A stretch of 64,000 bases of DNA from Octopus vulgaris (Eukaryota). Each line of letters begins with the position of its first letter. Positions within the stretch are counted from its first letter, which is position 1. The position numbers were made by a program, and so were the translations under genes. The stretch spans positions 67,394,001 to 67,458,000 of the forward strand of contig OX597817.1 of assembly GCA_951406725.2 (NCBI GenBank), written 5' to 3'. The notes under the pieces are model-generated. The model saw only the letters and a program-made list of their open reading frames with translations. It did not search any database and was not told the DNA's origin. Positions 13,666 through 26,835 of this stretch are shown in pieces.

Positions 13666-14213
13666 GGAGATGAGAGAGAGAGAGGAAAAATAACTAGGAG
13701 TTATATACATCGCCCTCAATATTTACAGAGCAAATAGAAGAAAGTATTAAAAAAAAAATCGAAACAAAATGTAAGCATATTTAGAGCAATTTCTGGTACC
13801 AAACTGGCCAACAGGCAGATAACGAAAGCAGTGTACAATCAATAATTAGACCCTTCACGGGCTGTTCAAATTAAACCTGGACCCCTAATCTCTCAGCTAC
13901 AAAGCACAATGAACTACGGAGTACAAATAAAATAAAAACAGCGCACGTGGTATCTCAACGTTGTACACAGGTTGTCTGTATAATAAAACAAAACTGCTTA
14001 AAATGAAAAACTACTAACTGGACATGCGAAGGACATAGCCTAGCGCTTCGACCTTCACAGTCCCTGCATTATATTTTTAAAAAAACACCTCAAAATCTCA
14101 AGAAACATATACAACCAGTAGCGTAGCTAGGCGAAAGGATAGTCCGCCCTAGGTGACATTTTTATGAGGGCGGCACTTTTGGATCAACTGTATAAGCTTA
14201 TATAGGCTTGGGG

Positions 14214-14436
14214 CGGCAGACACGTTAGCATGCCGGGCGAAATGCGTAGCCGTATTTCGTCTGCCGTTACATTCTGAGTTCAAATTCCGCCGAGGTCGAC
14301 TTTGCCTTTCATCCTTTCGGGGTAGATAAATTAAGTACCAGTTACGCACTGGGGTCGATATAATCGACTTAATCCCTTTGTCTGTCCTTGTTTGTCCCCT
14401 CTGTGTTTAGCCCCTTGTGGGTAGTAAAGAAATATA
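14214..14436 (+). mobile_element. SINE group A
   Basis: Consensus match; TSD aggcttgggg at 14204-14213 and 14440-14449. Confidence 0.9.
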
Positions 14437-15259
14437 TACAGGCTTGGGGAAGCGATGGGGTGGGGGCAAACTTATCGTCGGGCTTTGCAGTATGGATCTC
14501 AGTTAAGCAGGGACGTGGTATTATTGAGAAAAGGAATCGGTGGATCGCGCTTCACCATTCAACCGACTACTCGAGCACCATAGGATTATTGAGCAGGGCT
14601 GATTTGGAATTAACAACAACAAAAATATTATGCGAGGACAGAAGGATGAGGATTTGACAAAATCGACCGAGTGATAGTCAAGTTTCCCTCTGATATGTCG
14701 CTTTGAGTTCTGAGTTCAAATCGTGTCAAACTCGACTTTAATTCTCCTCGTTTTGAGTAAAATGAAATTCCAGTCAAATACTAGCAGCGAGATAATAGGC
14801 TATACCCTCACCTCCAAAATTGTGCATGGACTTGTGCCTATATGCAAAAAAATCAATACGTTACGAAAGTGAAAATCGCATTCCAAATCACTTGGAAAAT
14901 TGCCACTAAAAATTTTAACCTATTTATTAATTAATTAATTTGCTAATGAACTGAGATCTATTTCAAACAGTGTTTGTTTTTGCATGTATGTATGTATGTA
15001 TGTATGTATGTATGTATGTATGTATGTATGTATGTATGTATGTATGTATGCATAGAGATATGTATGTAATGCGTGTACGCATTGTATGCACATATACATG
15101 TATAGTCAGACACATTGAAGAGAGTATGTACTAGAAATATGAAAATTATTTTTTTAAATATTTAAATGGAAGTGAACTTAATTTTATATAAATGTTTTAT
15201 AGAAATATACATATGCATACAAAAACATACAAGAGGATGCATACTTGAACACACACACA

Positions 15260-15358
15260 CACACATACACAAGCACATACACGTATACACACATATGCAT
15301 CCATATACATGCATACACATACATACGTGCATACAAATATACATTCATACACATTTAT

Positions 15359-15392
<34 letters not shown>

Positions 15393-15648
15393 TACATCCT
15401 TATACATGCATATACATACATACATACATACATACACAGTAAGATACATATCTAGAAATACATACATATATACATGCATACACATACATACGTGCATACA
15501 AATATGCATTCATACACATTTATATATATATATATGCACACATATACATCCTTATACATGCATATACATACATACATACATACATACATACATGCATACA
15601 TACATGCATGCATACATACATACATACATACATACATACATACATACA

Positions 15649-15684
<36 letters not shown>

Positions 15685-15755
15685 CATACATACATACATA
15701 CATACATACATACATACATACACAGTAAGATACATATCTAGAAATACATACATAA
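15260..15755. repeat. Higher-order duplication within a (CATA)n tract
   Basis: Unique anchors recur: cacagtaagatacatatctagaaatac (~15435, ~15721), catacgtgcatacaaatat, catccttatacatgc. Confidence 0.8.
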
Positions 15756-16206
15756 ATGCAACACAAGTGACATTTGTGATGTAGTATGAGAATCTATAGA
15801 GCTTCTAGGAGAAGAGAGACGGCACAGTATGTGTGTGTGTATGAGTTCGTGTCGTATCAACATGAATTTAACGAGATGTAGAGGGGGAAAAAATGTCTGT
15901 TGGCAGGTCGGTTGCTAGGTATGCAAACAGGTAGAAAGGCGGGTAGTAGGTGGGCAGATTGGATATGTGTGGTAGGTAAGAAGGTGGATCAGTAAGATGG
16001 TCGAATGATAAAGACTTAGCTAGATAGAGAGATGATAGGAGTGGGAGAGATGGTAGGTGATAAGTCGAGAAGGAGATGGAGGAGGAGGAGAAAGAGGAAG
16101 ATGTCATCTGAAAGACTGTGTATGTTTGCGTGCACGTATGTATAGGTATGCATATATGTATGCATGTGTAAGTATGTAAGTGTATGTGTATATGTGTGTA
16201 TATATC

Positions 16207-16245
<39 letters not shown>

Positions 16246-16298
16246 TATATATATATAAATGTGTGTATATGTGTGTATATATCTATATGTATATATAT

Positions 16299-16333
<35 letters not shown>

Positions 16334-16345
16334 AATGTGTGTATA

Positions 16346-16403
<58 letters not shown>

Positions 16404-17137
16404 GAATAAACATGCATGTGTGTGTATGTATGTCTGAATGTATGTATGTATCTATCTATCTATATAGATAGATATGTGTGTATGTATATATATATATGAC
16501 TATGCTATATGTGTAATGGATACAGGGAAAGAAAAAGAGAAAGGAAGAAAGAGAGTAAGAAGACAAGGAGAGAGAAACAGAAATTGAGAGAAAGAGACAA
16601 AGCACTGAGAAAGGAAAAAAAAAATTACAAATGCATGTATGTGGGAGGGTCGATGGGAGGGGGTTGTAAAAAGCAAAGTGTAGCAAAGTGTAGCAAGTGT
16701 AGAATACATTTGATTAGAGGTATGTGTCAAGAAAAAGAAAAGGTGAGCTTTGAGTAGTGAAAAGCGATGGTGAGAGTGATGGTAAGGGTAGTGGTGATGT
16801 AGAAGCAATGTGGCAATGACAGGGGATCATGTTTGGAGTGCACATGACATACGTTTATCAACGAAGGTCAACTGGAAAGAGGCGAACACATCTTCTGGAT
16901 TCGGTCAATAAGTTCACAGTGTCTTTAATAAACACACCTGACATCTATAATGTGTGTGCCACAGCCACCGATCTTTCGTCTATCTTGGTCCGTTCCGTTT
17001 GTATATGTGGTGAGTGCTAGTAAATATGTGTGCATGTGTGTGTGTGTGTTTGTATACATGCATATGTATATATGTACACATACACACACACACACACGCA
17101 TACACAGATACACACACACACATACACAGAGATATAG

Positions 17138-17301
17138 ATGCAGGCGTGGCCGTGTCGGAAGAAGCTTACTTCCCAACCACATGGTTCTGGGTTCAATCCC
17201 ACTGCGTGGCACCTTGAGCAAGTGTCTTCTAATATAGCTTCCGGCCGACCAAAACTTTGTGAGTGGATTTGGTAGACGGAAACTAAAAGAAGCATGTCGT
17301 A

Positions 17302-17375
<74 letters not shown>

Positions 17376-17421
17376 TCTCTCTCTCTTTCTCTCACTCACT
17401 TTCTCTCTATATTTATAAATC

Positions 17422-17459
<38 letters not shown>

Positions 17460-17703
17460 TGTGTGTGTGTGTGCGTGTTTGGGTGTGTGTGTGTGCGTGT
17501 GTGCCTTTTTGTCTGTGTTTGTCTCCCACCACCAATGACAACTGGCTTGGTGTGTTTACATTCCCATAAATTAGGATTCGACAAAAAAGACCGATGGAAT
17601 AAGCACCAGGCTTAGCTAAAAAATAAGTACTGGAATCCATCAATTCAAGGCGGTGCTCCTACATGCCACATTCTAATGACTGAAACAAATAAAAGATAAA
17701 AGA
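17138..17703 (+). mobile_element. SINE group B, full length, with internal (CT)n(GT)n
   Basis: tRNA-like head GGCGTGGCCGTGTCGG...GGTTCAATCCC, ACCTTGAGCAAGTGTCTTCT, tail TGACTGAAACAAATAAAAGA. Confidence 0.9.
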
Positions 17704-17776
17704 TATATACATTTTGATCGAATTATCCATGTGTTAACATGTACCTTCTTGCGACAATGTAAACTTTCATTTAATC

Positions 17777-17879
17777 AAGATACCCTCGGCCTGACGAGTA
17801 GCCTGCGGTATACACTCTGCTTGGATAGTTACCACTTCCGAGGATCTGTTCGCTATGAAAAATGTGTAGCCCGGATCTT
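17777..17879 (+). ncRNA. Type-I hammerhead candidate with a large stem II insertion
   Basis: GGC-CTGACGA-GTAGC-(49 nt)-GCTAT-GAAA-AATGTG-TA-GCC; outer AAGAT/ATCTT extends stem I; stem III decayed. Confidence 0.6.
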
Positions 17880-18094
17880 ATCTACTCCATTCTTTAACTC
17901 TTGCATTCTTATTCGCAATCCCGGCAACTTTGGTTGCCTACCGATGTTGCTGTGTTTACATTTGGCAAAAGACACCGATAGAATAAGTACTAGGCTTACA
18001 AAGAATAAATCCTGGGGTCGATTTGTTAGACTAAAGGCGATGCTTCAGCATGGTCGCAGTTACATAACTGAAACAAGTAAAACAATGAAAAAAC

Positions 18095-18136
18095 CATGCC
18101 ATTTTAATCCCTAGCAACACCGGGTATTTCTGCTAG
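18095..18136 (+). mobile_element. Helitron 3' end
   Basis: CCCTAGCAACACCGGGTATTTCTG-CTAG|T, similar to the 3' end of the Helitron at 42093. Confidence 0.5.
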
Positions 18137-18651
18137 TATAAAGTAAAATGAGTCTCTAAAACATGAAATGATACATCTATGTAAAATGATGTGTCTGTGA
18201 ATGTGCTGTGTGTGTGTAAGAGAATGTGGAAGTGTGTGTGTGTATGTGCGTGAGAGAGAGGGAGAGAGAGAGAGTAAAACAGTGTGTGTGAGTGTGTGTT
18301 TCTGTGTGTGAGTGCGTGTTTATATGCTGTATGTGTGCATGTGTGAGTGTATGTGCTGTATGTGTGTGAGAGAGACAGTTTGTGTGTTCGTGTGTGTATA
18401 TGTATGTCTGTTTTTGTATGTGAGAGAGACAGTTTGTGTATGTGTGTGTACGCTGTATGTGTGACAGAGAGATAGTGTGTGTGCGTGTGTGTGTGTGCGT
18501 GTGAATGTCTGTGTGAGAGAGAGAGATAGTGTGTGCGCGTGAGTATGTCTATGTGTGTGAGAGAGAGAGAGAGAGGAAGACAGAAAGAAGAGTGTGAGTG
18601 TGAGTGTGTGTGCTGCATGTGTGTAAGGGAGACAGTGTATGTATGTGTGTA

Positions 18652-18683
<32 letters not shown>

Positions 18684-19930
18684 TGTGTGTGTGTGTATGT
18701 GTGCGTGTGTGTGTGTACATGTTAAATGTTTTATTGAAACAATTGTGAAAATTTGGATTTTCTTAAATTTCTTCCAACCACATCGAGGTTTTTTGATTTT
18801 CTTCAGATTATTTTCTAGAAATTAATAATAAAAAAGTTACAACCACATATTAGTTATGTAATGTTTGCCTATCAGCAACGTTAACTGACATATACGCCGG
18901 ATGTCATGACTGTTTGTCTCCATGGGAACGACACACACGCACGAAGCCTTTACATGGTCTCTTGACTTGCAAGATATAGCAGCTAAAACTTCCTTAATCA
19001 ACATTCTACCATTAAAAAACAAAAATAAAAAGGACGAAACATTGTGCCACTGAGTGCTCCTTTCCTCACTGAGTCAGAACTTCCTGTTGAGTGCTAATAA
19101 TAACATTTAAATTAAATTCAAATTCCACAGATGTAAACTTTTATTGAACTCCCGACAGTGGATCTTTTGAATTCCTATTTTCTTCTAGTAAGTTTTTTTA
19201 GAAAGAAAAAAGGTAGAGAAAGAATATTGTTATTGTATGAAATGTACTGATGATGGTGCTGGTTGTATTAATGGTTTTCTTTGTACACCACCAAACCTTG
19301 TAAAACAATTTTACCATAAGAAAAGAGAAAGTACATTTAATATTGATTTGTGGGGCCTAGCAAGTGTTTGAAGGGCCGTGAGACTGATAAAACTTTACTC
19401 CCAAGTAGACCGACTTTAATTTATATGTTATTGGGCTGGCCTTAAGCGAGGAAATAAACAATGCCGTTGTTCAATATGTCGTCCATTTTGTCTTTTAGAC
19501 AATATAATGTACTTTAAGGAAAGATTTGGCTATTAATAGCAGGTTGAGAGACCACGTAAAGGTTTCGTGAATGCTGTTTCTATGGAGACAGTCACGACAT
19601 CCTTCGTGCCAGTCAATTGCCGATAGGCTAAAATTACACAATTTGTAACTTTTGTTTTTTATTAATTTCTAGAAACAATCAATGCAATTTTCGTCATCAA
19701 CATACAAAACTACATCAGATCTACAATTTTTGAAAATAATCAGATGAAAATTTTAAAAACTTGAACTGTATGTAAAAAAAATTTATTGGAATATTTTCAA
19801 GACTTCTAGACTTGATAGCAAAAAGTCAAAAGAATGAATTAAACTGTAACTCTTAACGATAAGCATCTTTGAAGTCAAAACAAATCAAGATGGTATATAG
19901 TCATCGGTGTCAACAATGTGAACTTTGAGT

Positions 19931-20142
19931 AAGGCGGCGAGCTGGTAGAATCGTTAGCAAGCCGGGCAAAATGCTTAGCGGCATTTCGTTCGTCTTACGT
20001 TCTGAGTTCAAATTCCGCCCAAGTTGACTTTGCTTTTCATCTTTACAAGATCGATAAGTATCAGTTGAGCACTGGGGTCGATGTAATCGGTTCACCCCTT
20101 ACCCCGAATTTTTTGGCCTTATGCCAAAATTTGAAACCAATA
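19931..20142 (+). mobile_element. SINE group A (alternative tail subfamily)
   Basis: AAGGCGGCGAGCTGGTAGAATCGTTAGC...GAGTTCAAATTCC...GGCCTTATGCCAAAATTTGAAACCAATA. Confidence 0.85.
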
Positions 20143-21006
20143 TGGACATACTGTGTGTGTGAGTGAGAGAGAGATAGAGAGGGAGAGAGGGAGAGAGAGA
20201 CTGTACGTGTGTGTGAGAGAGAAAGAGAGCGAGAGACAAAGACGGTTTTGTCGTAGATGTAATACTTTTAATCATAAGTCTGCTCGATCAGACAACCACC
20301 AACAACAACGATAACAAAGTCAAGATGAGATTTACAACCATTGGTTAAAACTAGAGCTTCTAGATTCACCCAAAACATCGTTTTGAGGGTACTCTATTCA
20401 ATATTCATGTCATGTATAAGAAAACACCTCCGATGACCTATGGGTGGGGTAGGGGTCTTAGAATTCAGTGCTAAGTTCCAGTGTCGCGGCATTCGTAGAT
20501 GAAAGATAAACCACCACCTAGACAGAATATCATTTTATCGTAGATAGTAATAATAACTGGCTGGAAAATCTGATATCTCACTAGTGTACAGGCGATCTAT
20601 ATAAATACGGTACCTGTATAAGACTTGTCCTTAAGACCTTAGTTGGAAGTATAATATCATATCTAGTCAACCACCAATTAAAAGGTGGTTCTGTTTGAGA
20701 GGTGCATGTATACATACACATATAGACACCCACACACACATATATACACATATGTATATATGTATAAATGTCATAAGTATTTATAAGCTTTCGAGAGAAC
20801 GTGAAATAATTCTTTTTTTCGAATGGTGAATTTCAAAGAAAACAAAGCTATAAATTGTAGCTTGTAAATACTGGGTTGTAAAACCTATTTGTATAGACTT
20901 TTCCATACAAAAGGTATTTTCAGCCCAGTTTTTATATGCTATTATTATAGCTTTATGTGCCTCAAGATCCACTGTTTCAACTCAAGAATTATTATACATA
21001 TATACA

Positions 21007-21080
<74 letters not shown>

Positions 21081-21118
21081 GCTGTCTGTCTGTCTGTCTG
21101 CCTGCCTGCCTGCCTGCC

Positions 21119-21157
<39 letters not shown>

Positions 21158-21460
21158 GAGGGCGCATGGCTTAGTGGTTAGGGTATTTGGCTCGCGATCG
21201 GAAGGTCGGAAGTTAGACTGTGTTCTTGAGCAAGTCACTTTATCTCACGTTGCTCCTGTTCACTCAGCTAGCAAAAATGGGTAGTACCTATATTTCAAAA
21301 GGTCAGCCTTGTCACATTGCGTCACACTGAATCTCACAAAGTACTGTGTTAAGGACACAAGTGTCTGTAGAGTACTCAGCCACTTGTATGTTAATTTCAA
21401 GAGCAGGCTGTTCCATTGATCAGATCAACTGGAACACTTGTCATCGTAACCGACGGAATG
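21158..21460 (+). mobile_element. SINE group C (CORE-like body + tail T2)
   Basis: Head GGCGCATGGCTTAGTGGTTAGG, body TGTGTTCTTGAGCAAGTCACTT..CACGTTGCTCC, tail ending CGTAACCGACGGA shared with 52783. Confidence 0.8.
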
Positions 21461-21992
21461 GAAGTTACACACACACAACATCAACAACAACAACAACAAC
21501 TTTCAAGATGTATTGAACACTTTTCAAAGTGGGCGCAACCCGAGGCCTGGAGGAGCGATGATGGAAAATTCCATATGGGAAATAAGGACAAAGAAGCATC
21601 AGGATTAATAAATGCATTTTTACATTTTTTTTTTCATCTTAGTCTCCTATTTAGATATTAAACTCTGAAACAAATTTTGAATATAATCATCTGATAAACT
21701 GCATATTAGTCACTACCACAGCGACAGGAACGATAACAACGTAGAACAGCATCTTTTGCACTAATAAACTCGGTGTCAATAAGTAAATAAACAAAACACA
21801 ATATATAATACTTATATGTTTCAATTCTAAACAATAAACTTAAGTATATTTTTAAAGATATTGTCAAAATTTGTGCGTATTACCATTCATGCAATAAAGA
21901 CGATCATTGCACCTGTAGCGGTAGGTAGCGTTCTGACTTGTTTGTGCATATATATATGTCTGTGTGTGTGTTTACATATATATATATATATA

Positions 21993-22479
21993 TAGGGCAC
22001 CGTGACGGTGTCGAGCCTTTCTGGTGACGTCGATGTTCGCCTGGGGCTAAATGCAACAGTAACACCCCCACCACCCTGCCCTGTCCCTAGCCATATTCAG
22101 ATGGCTTTAGTCCCTTATGTTATCGAGCAGTTACTGTCTATATCCCTTTTAGAGAATTATTATTGCTTTCGAACAGATTTTCGAAATCAGCAAATGTATT
22201 TTGCTTGAAAATCTATATAAGAAAATCCTGCATAGTGAGAATTCGTCGAGGAAGCGGAGGCCTACCACACGCCGATGATAGGCAATACACCTTGAAACCA
22301 TGGTCCGTGTGTGGTTTCCGCTTCATCGGGGAATTACCTCCCTTTGCAGGTTTAGGGCACCGTGACGGTGTCGAGCCTTTCTGGTGACGTCGATGTTCGC
22401 CTGGGGCTAAATGCAACAGTAACACCCCCACCACCCTGCCCTGTCCCTAGCCATATTCAGATGGCTTTAGTCCCTTATG

Positions 22480-22483
<4 letters not shown>
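21993..22483 (+). mobile_element. Retrozyme-like non-autonomous retroelement: 360-nt unit plus 131-bp perfect terminal repeat
   Basis: 21993-22123 identical to 22353-22483; (TA)n on both flanks; contains a type-I HHR; many hairpins; no credible ORF. Confidence 0.8.
22240..22335 (+). ncRNA. Type-I hammerhead ribozyme (CCGAUGA core variant), predicted cleavage after GUC at 22305
   Basis: CACACG-CCGATGA-T-AGG-CAATACA-CCT-T-GAAA-CCATGG-TC-CGTGTG; stem I continues past an internal loop (GAAGCGGAGGCC/GGTTTCCGCTTC, AATTC/GAATT). Confidence 0.8.
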
Positions 22484-22528
<45 letters not shown>

Positions 22529-22645
22529 TATACACACACACATATATATATATATATATAATATTGTATGTATATATTTCATTAATTTGCCTGTACGACT
22601 AATAATTCGCTTACCACTTGTGATGGTATTTTAATAATACCATCC

Positions 22646-22697
<52 letters not shown>

Positions 22698-22746
22698 AGC
22701 ACGCGCGCACACACACATACACAGACATACATGTTTGCAAGCATAT

Positions 22747-23156
22747 CTCTTTTACTCTTTTACTTGTTTCAGTCATTTGACTGTGGCCATGCTGGAGCAC
22801 CGCCTTTAGTCGAGCAAATCGACCCCGGGACTTATTCTTTGTAAGCCCAGTACTTATTCTATCGGTCTCTTTTGCCGAACCGCTAAGTGACGGGGACGTA
22901 AACACACCAGCATCGGTTGTCAAGCAATGCTAGGGGGACAAACACAGACACACAAACACATACACACACATACATATATATATATACATATATACGACGG
23001 GTTTCTTTCAGTTTCCGTCTACCAAATCCACTCACAAGGCATTGGTCGGCCCGGGGCTATAGCAGAAGACACTTGCCCAAGATGCCACGCAGTGGGACTG
23101 AACCCTGAACCATGTGGTTGGTTAGCAAGCTACTTACCACACAGCCACTCCCGCGT
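22747..23156 (-). mobile_element. SINE group B, young full-length copy
   Basis: Head GTGGCTGTGTGGTAAG...GGTTCAGTCCC, (GTAAAAGA)n tail; nearly identical to 31148-31617. Confidence 0.92.
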
Positions 23157-23857
23157 CTATATATATGTATATATTTTACATTGCAAATTGTCGTGTTTGA
23201 ACTCGTGACGTAAAGCAGCTCTATGATATAATACGACAAGCTATTTAGTCGGATGGTTTAGCGACTGTGCTCGTTCATCACTCCTATTTAAATACAGCAT
23301 AGCATAATATAGACATTTATCTACCAAGGAAATATTTATTACTACATTTCTCACAACTTCATAGGTGAATCTATTTATGTATCAACTAATATGCACACAT
23401 GAATGACCATGAGAGAAAGAGGGGGAAGAGTTAGTGAGAGAGGAAGAGAGAGAGAGGAGAGAAAGAGAGAGAGAGGAGAGAAAGAGAGAGATGGGAATCA
23501 GAAGATTGAGAAGTATATATTGTGACCAGTTTATAAATAGCGATATAATATTTCCGGGTGTAAATCTTGTATTTCTCCAATAACTTCCGCTGGAAGGTCA
23601 ATAATTGATCTGAGAAAAAGGTCGTCGACGTAATCAAGTGGTTGCGAGTATTCGTTGAAAAATGCTACGTATCGAACATACGCATGATTTTTCTCTATAA
23701 GTATATATTTGCATTTGTGCATGCAAGCATGCATACACGCCATACACACACATACGCACACACACTCACACACATACACATATATACAGCCATACATATG
23801 TATACATATATTCTTTGTCTTCGTCATATATATATATGTTATGTGTGTGTGTGTGTG

Positions 23858-23903
<46 letters not shown>

Positions 23904-23909
23904 CATATA

Positions 23910-24001
<92 letters not shown>

Positions 24002-24204
24002 CATACGAACCACGTGCCAGCACACACACACACACACACACACATACACACGCACGTGCACTATATGACAAGTTCCCTAAGTGATTAACTTACGAATCCT
24101 CCTCAACACGTTATGTGGAAGTGATGAAGAAGAAAAGAATACTGTAGGATATCACACGTAAAGCGATGAAGATATTCCTGATACACATTATTGGTTACCT
24201 GTTC

Positions 24205-25040
24205 CTCCAATCAACCGCATTCACTGTTACAAAGAGATTTAAATGAAGAGGTTCGTGATTTGAATTTATCTAAGACGAGAGCTGAACTTAGTCGGTTCAC
24301 GATCGAATGGTTGGAATCAACTGCAACCTGTTACAAAAGTTTGTGTTTTCCGAAACCCCCATGATGAGTTTAATAAAATGTTCTCCAATGAAGATAGACT
24401 TGTACTTTCTAAAGGTACTTTAGTCATGGGACTCTTGTCTATGAACATTACATAAATTCCTTAAAAGGTAGTTTGAAAGCAATCCTTTCTTCCAAACAAA
24501 AATAAATTCCCTTCTTACTTTTTCTCCACATGCTACCAGAATAAAAAGTCCTTAGATATGATGTTGCTGTTAGAAAAGGTTCGGTAGCAGAAATATTAGG
24601 AATTCTGGAGATCTGACGATCATTATTCTTTTGTTAGGGTTGCTGCTAGGTTACACCGAGTACTGCTATTTTTTTTCTTTATGTGGGTAGGACTGAAGGG
24701 GTAGGCAAAATCAATACGTTCTGAAAAATTAGTCAAAACATCACTTGTCCCAGAAAAGGAAGATATTTTGAGTGGTTCTCTTGCTCACCCTGAGAAAATG
24801 TTCCTTCCACCTTCGCACATCAAGTTTGGATGTTATGTAAAGCAATGTAAAAGCAATTGTCACAGTGCAAACTGGATTCAAACACCGGACAAGTAAGGTG
24901 CTCCGGATCAGTTGTGCAACGACCAGAAAAGGTATTTTTTATAGATTCTCAAATCATCTGGAACCTGTATGTGTCTTCTGACTGCTGCTGGACTACTGAG
25001 AGAGACGTATCAGAGATAAAGTACGACAGAAAATCAATCC
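24205..25040 (+). pseudogene. Decayed CMC/Chapaev3-type transposase
   Basis: QPHSLLQRDLNEEVRDLNLSKTRAEL.GSR..GWN, GDLTIIILLLGLLLGYTEYC, PEKMFLPPSHIKFG, DCCWTTERDVSEIKYDRKS resemble Chapaev3 motifs (DLVRDLNLSK..AELLGSRL, GDLK...LLG.Q.GYTKYCC, LPPLHIKLG, DYCW..KRD); many stops and frameshifts. Confidence 0.8.
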
Positions 25041-26539
25041 TAAGTACTTGTTGAATTAAAGGCTTAAAATTTTGATGATAGTTTGATTATTGTGCAGATA
25101 GATGGGTCTTGAAAAATTAATATGCTTGCCACACACACACAATATAAAAATTCAGTGGATTGACAAATGTCACAAACTTGCTGGGATCAACACAAATATT
25201 GTATGAGAATCAGATACACGAAATTGCCTTTCCAATGTGACTAGTCAGTCGCTATTTCCACCTTTAAGAGAAGTTCAACCTTTACAGCTAAACAATTCCT
25301 ACAGTGGATGGGATTATTTACCAGTTTTGAACCTGTTGTTATTCTCGTCAGACCGCGCCGTTATCAGCTCAAGAAAAACAATTTCCGATATAAATTGTAA
25401 AAGATACCACACAGTTTCTAGATTACAATAGTTATCATACAGATTATAATAGTTATCAACAGAAACCTGCTGCCAAACAAGTCTGTTTAACATTCATCAG
25501 TTAAATATTTGCGAATAATGTTCTGCGAATAATGTTCTGCGAATAATGTTCTATCACTAGTTTTCATTATGCTCCCAAATTTTAACAGCGCCGTCCATTC
25601 AGCTGATGTTATATGTCATTGCTAGAAACAGTGACAGCACTGAGAAATTTGGTTGGTTTTCAGTTTTAAGCTTAGTTATTATGAGAGTTAATTAAGTTAG
25701 TGTTAATATAGTTAATGCATATAGCATTAACCTTCTAATTAGAAATAATTATGTGACTAGGAAATAACAAGTTTAACTCAATGATTAATGTTATTTAAAG
25801 CGTTTCAGCAATTACGGGGCATGTTTCGTCTTATTTGAGTTACTGAAGCATAGATTCCACTTTACTTACTAATGTAAGGATGAGAGAATAACTAAGTAGA
25901 TCTTCAATATTACACATGCCCAGACCTAAAAAACTACAAATCACTGAGATTGAATGCTCAGAGACACCATCTAGGAAAAAAACAATAGTTAAGTTAGTGT
26001 TAACATATTTAATGTAGTTGTCGTGAAGAGATTTGAAGGTTTTAGGGTAGTAGAGATGTAAAATACTTTATACATGTCAGATATGTTACAGACGTGAGTG
26101 TAGAGGCGATATAGAGTTTCTTGAATAAATTCGATAGACATGGTTGAAACGGTTTTGATAATGTATCTGCTCGATCAGAACTGATCTGTCGCTGAACAGC
26201 AATACATAAGTCCCGGTTTTCTCCTTTCCCACATAAGCTTCGCAGAACTTGCAAAAAGTTCATGGACGCAATCTAATGTTTAGTATTGACTAAACAGTAA
26301 GCACAAATTATAAGAACCTAGACTCAAGCCTCAGATGGGAGCAACATTCTGTAATTGTTTGTTTATATTTTCCTTCGGAGTATAGTTTGATCAGCTAGCT
26401 TTTGGCCTAATGCTTTCCTGTCCAAGATAGTGGGAACAACCCGTGTTTATTTTGTTTATAATTTCTCTATAGGTACAACTTGATAAACTAGTTTCCAGTC
26501 TAGGAAGGAGGTAGCATACGTTTCTTCAGTTTCTTTTTA

Positions 26540-26598
26540 CTCTTTCTTTTCTTTCTTTCTTTCTTTCTTCCTTCCTTCCTTCCTTCCTTCCTACGTTC

Positions 26599-26635
<37 letters not shown>

Positions 26636-26766
26636 TTCCTTCCTACGTTCCTTCCTTTTTTCTTTCTTTCTTTCTTTCTTCCTTCCTTCCTTCCTTCCTT
26701 CCTTCCTTCCTTCCTACGTTCCTTTCTTCCTTCCTTCCTTCCTTCCTTCCTTCCTTCCTTCCTTCC

Positions 26767-26814
<48 letters not shown>

Positions 26815-26835
26815 GCTCTCGCTCTCTCTTTCTTC
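26540..26835. repeat. (TTCC)n/(TTCT)n/(CT)n polypyrimidine tract
   Basis: Directly visible; the interruption cctacgttcc recurs three times. Confidence 0.95.

Noticed and set aside
22040-22140. Twister or HDV-like ribozyme assignment for the conserved domain
   Set aside because: Required pseudoknot partners and catalytic nucleotides could not be placed consistently in the four copies
25510-25552. 14-bp x3 repeat (also the 17-bp array at 33790) as a CRISPR-like array
   Set aside because: Head-to-tail with no spacers, in eukaryotic context
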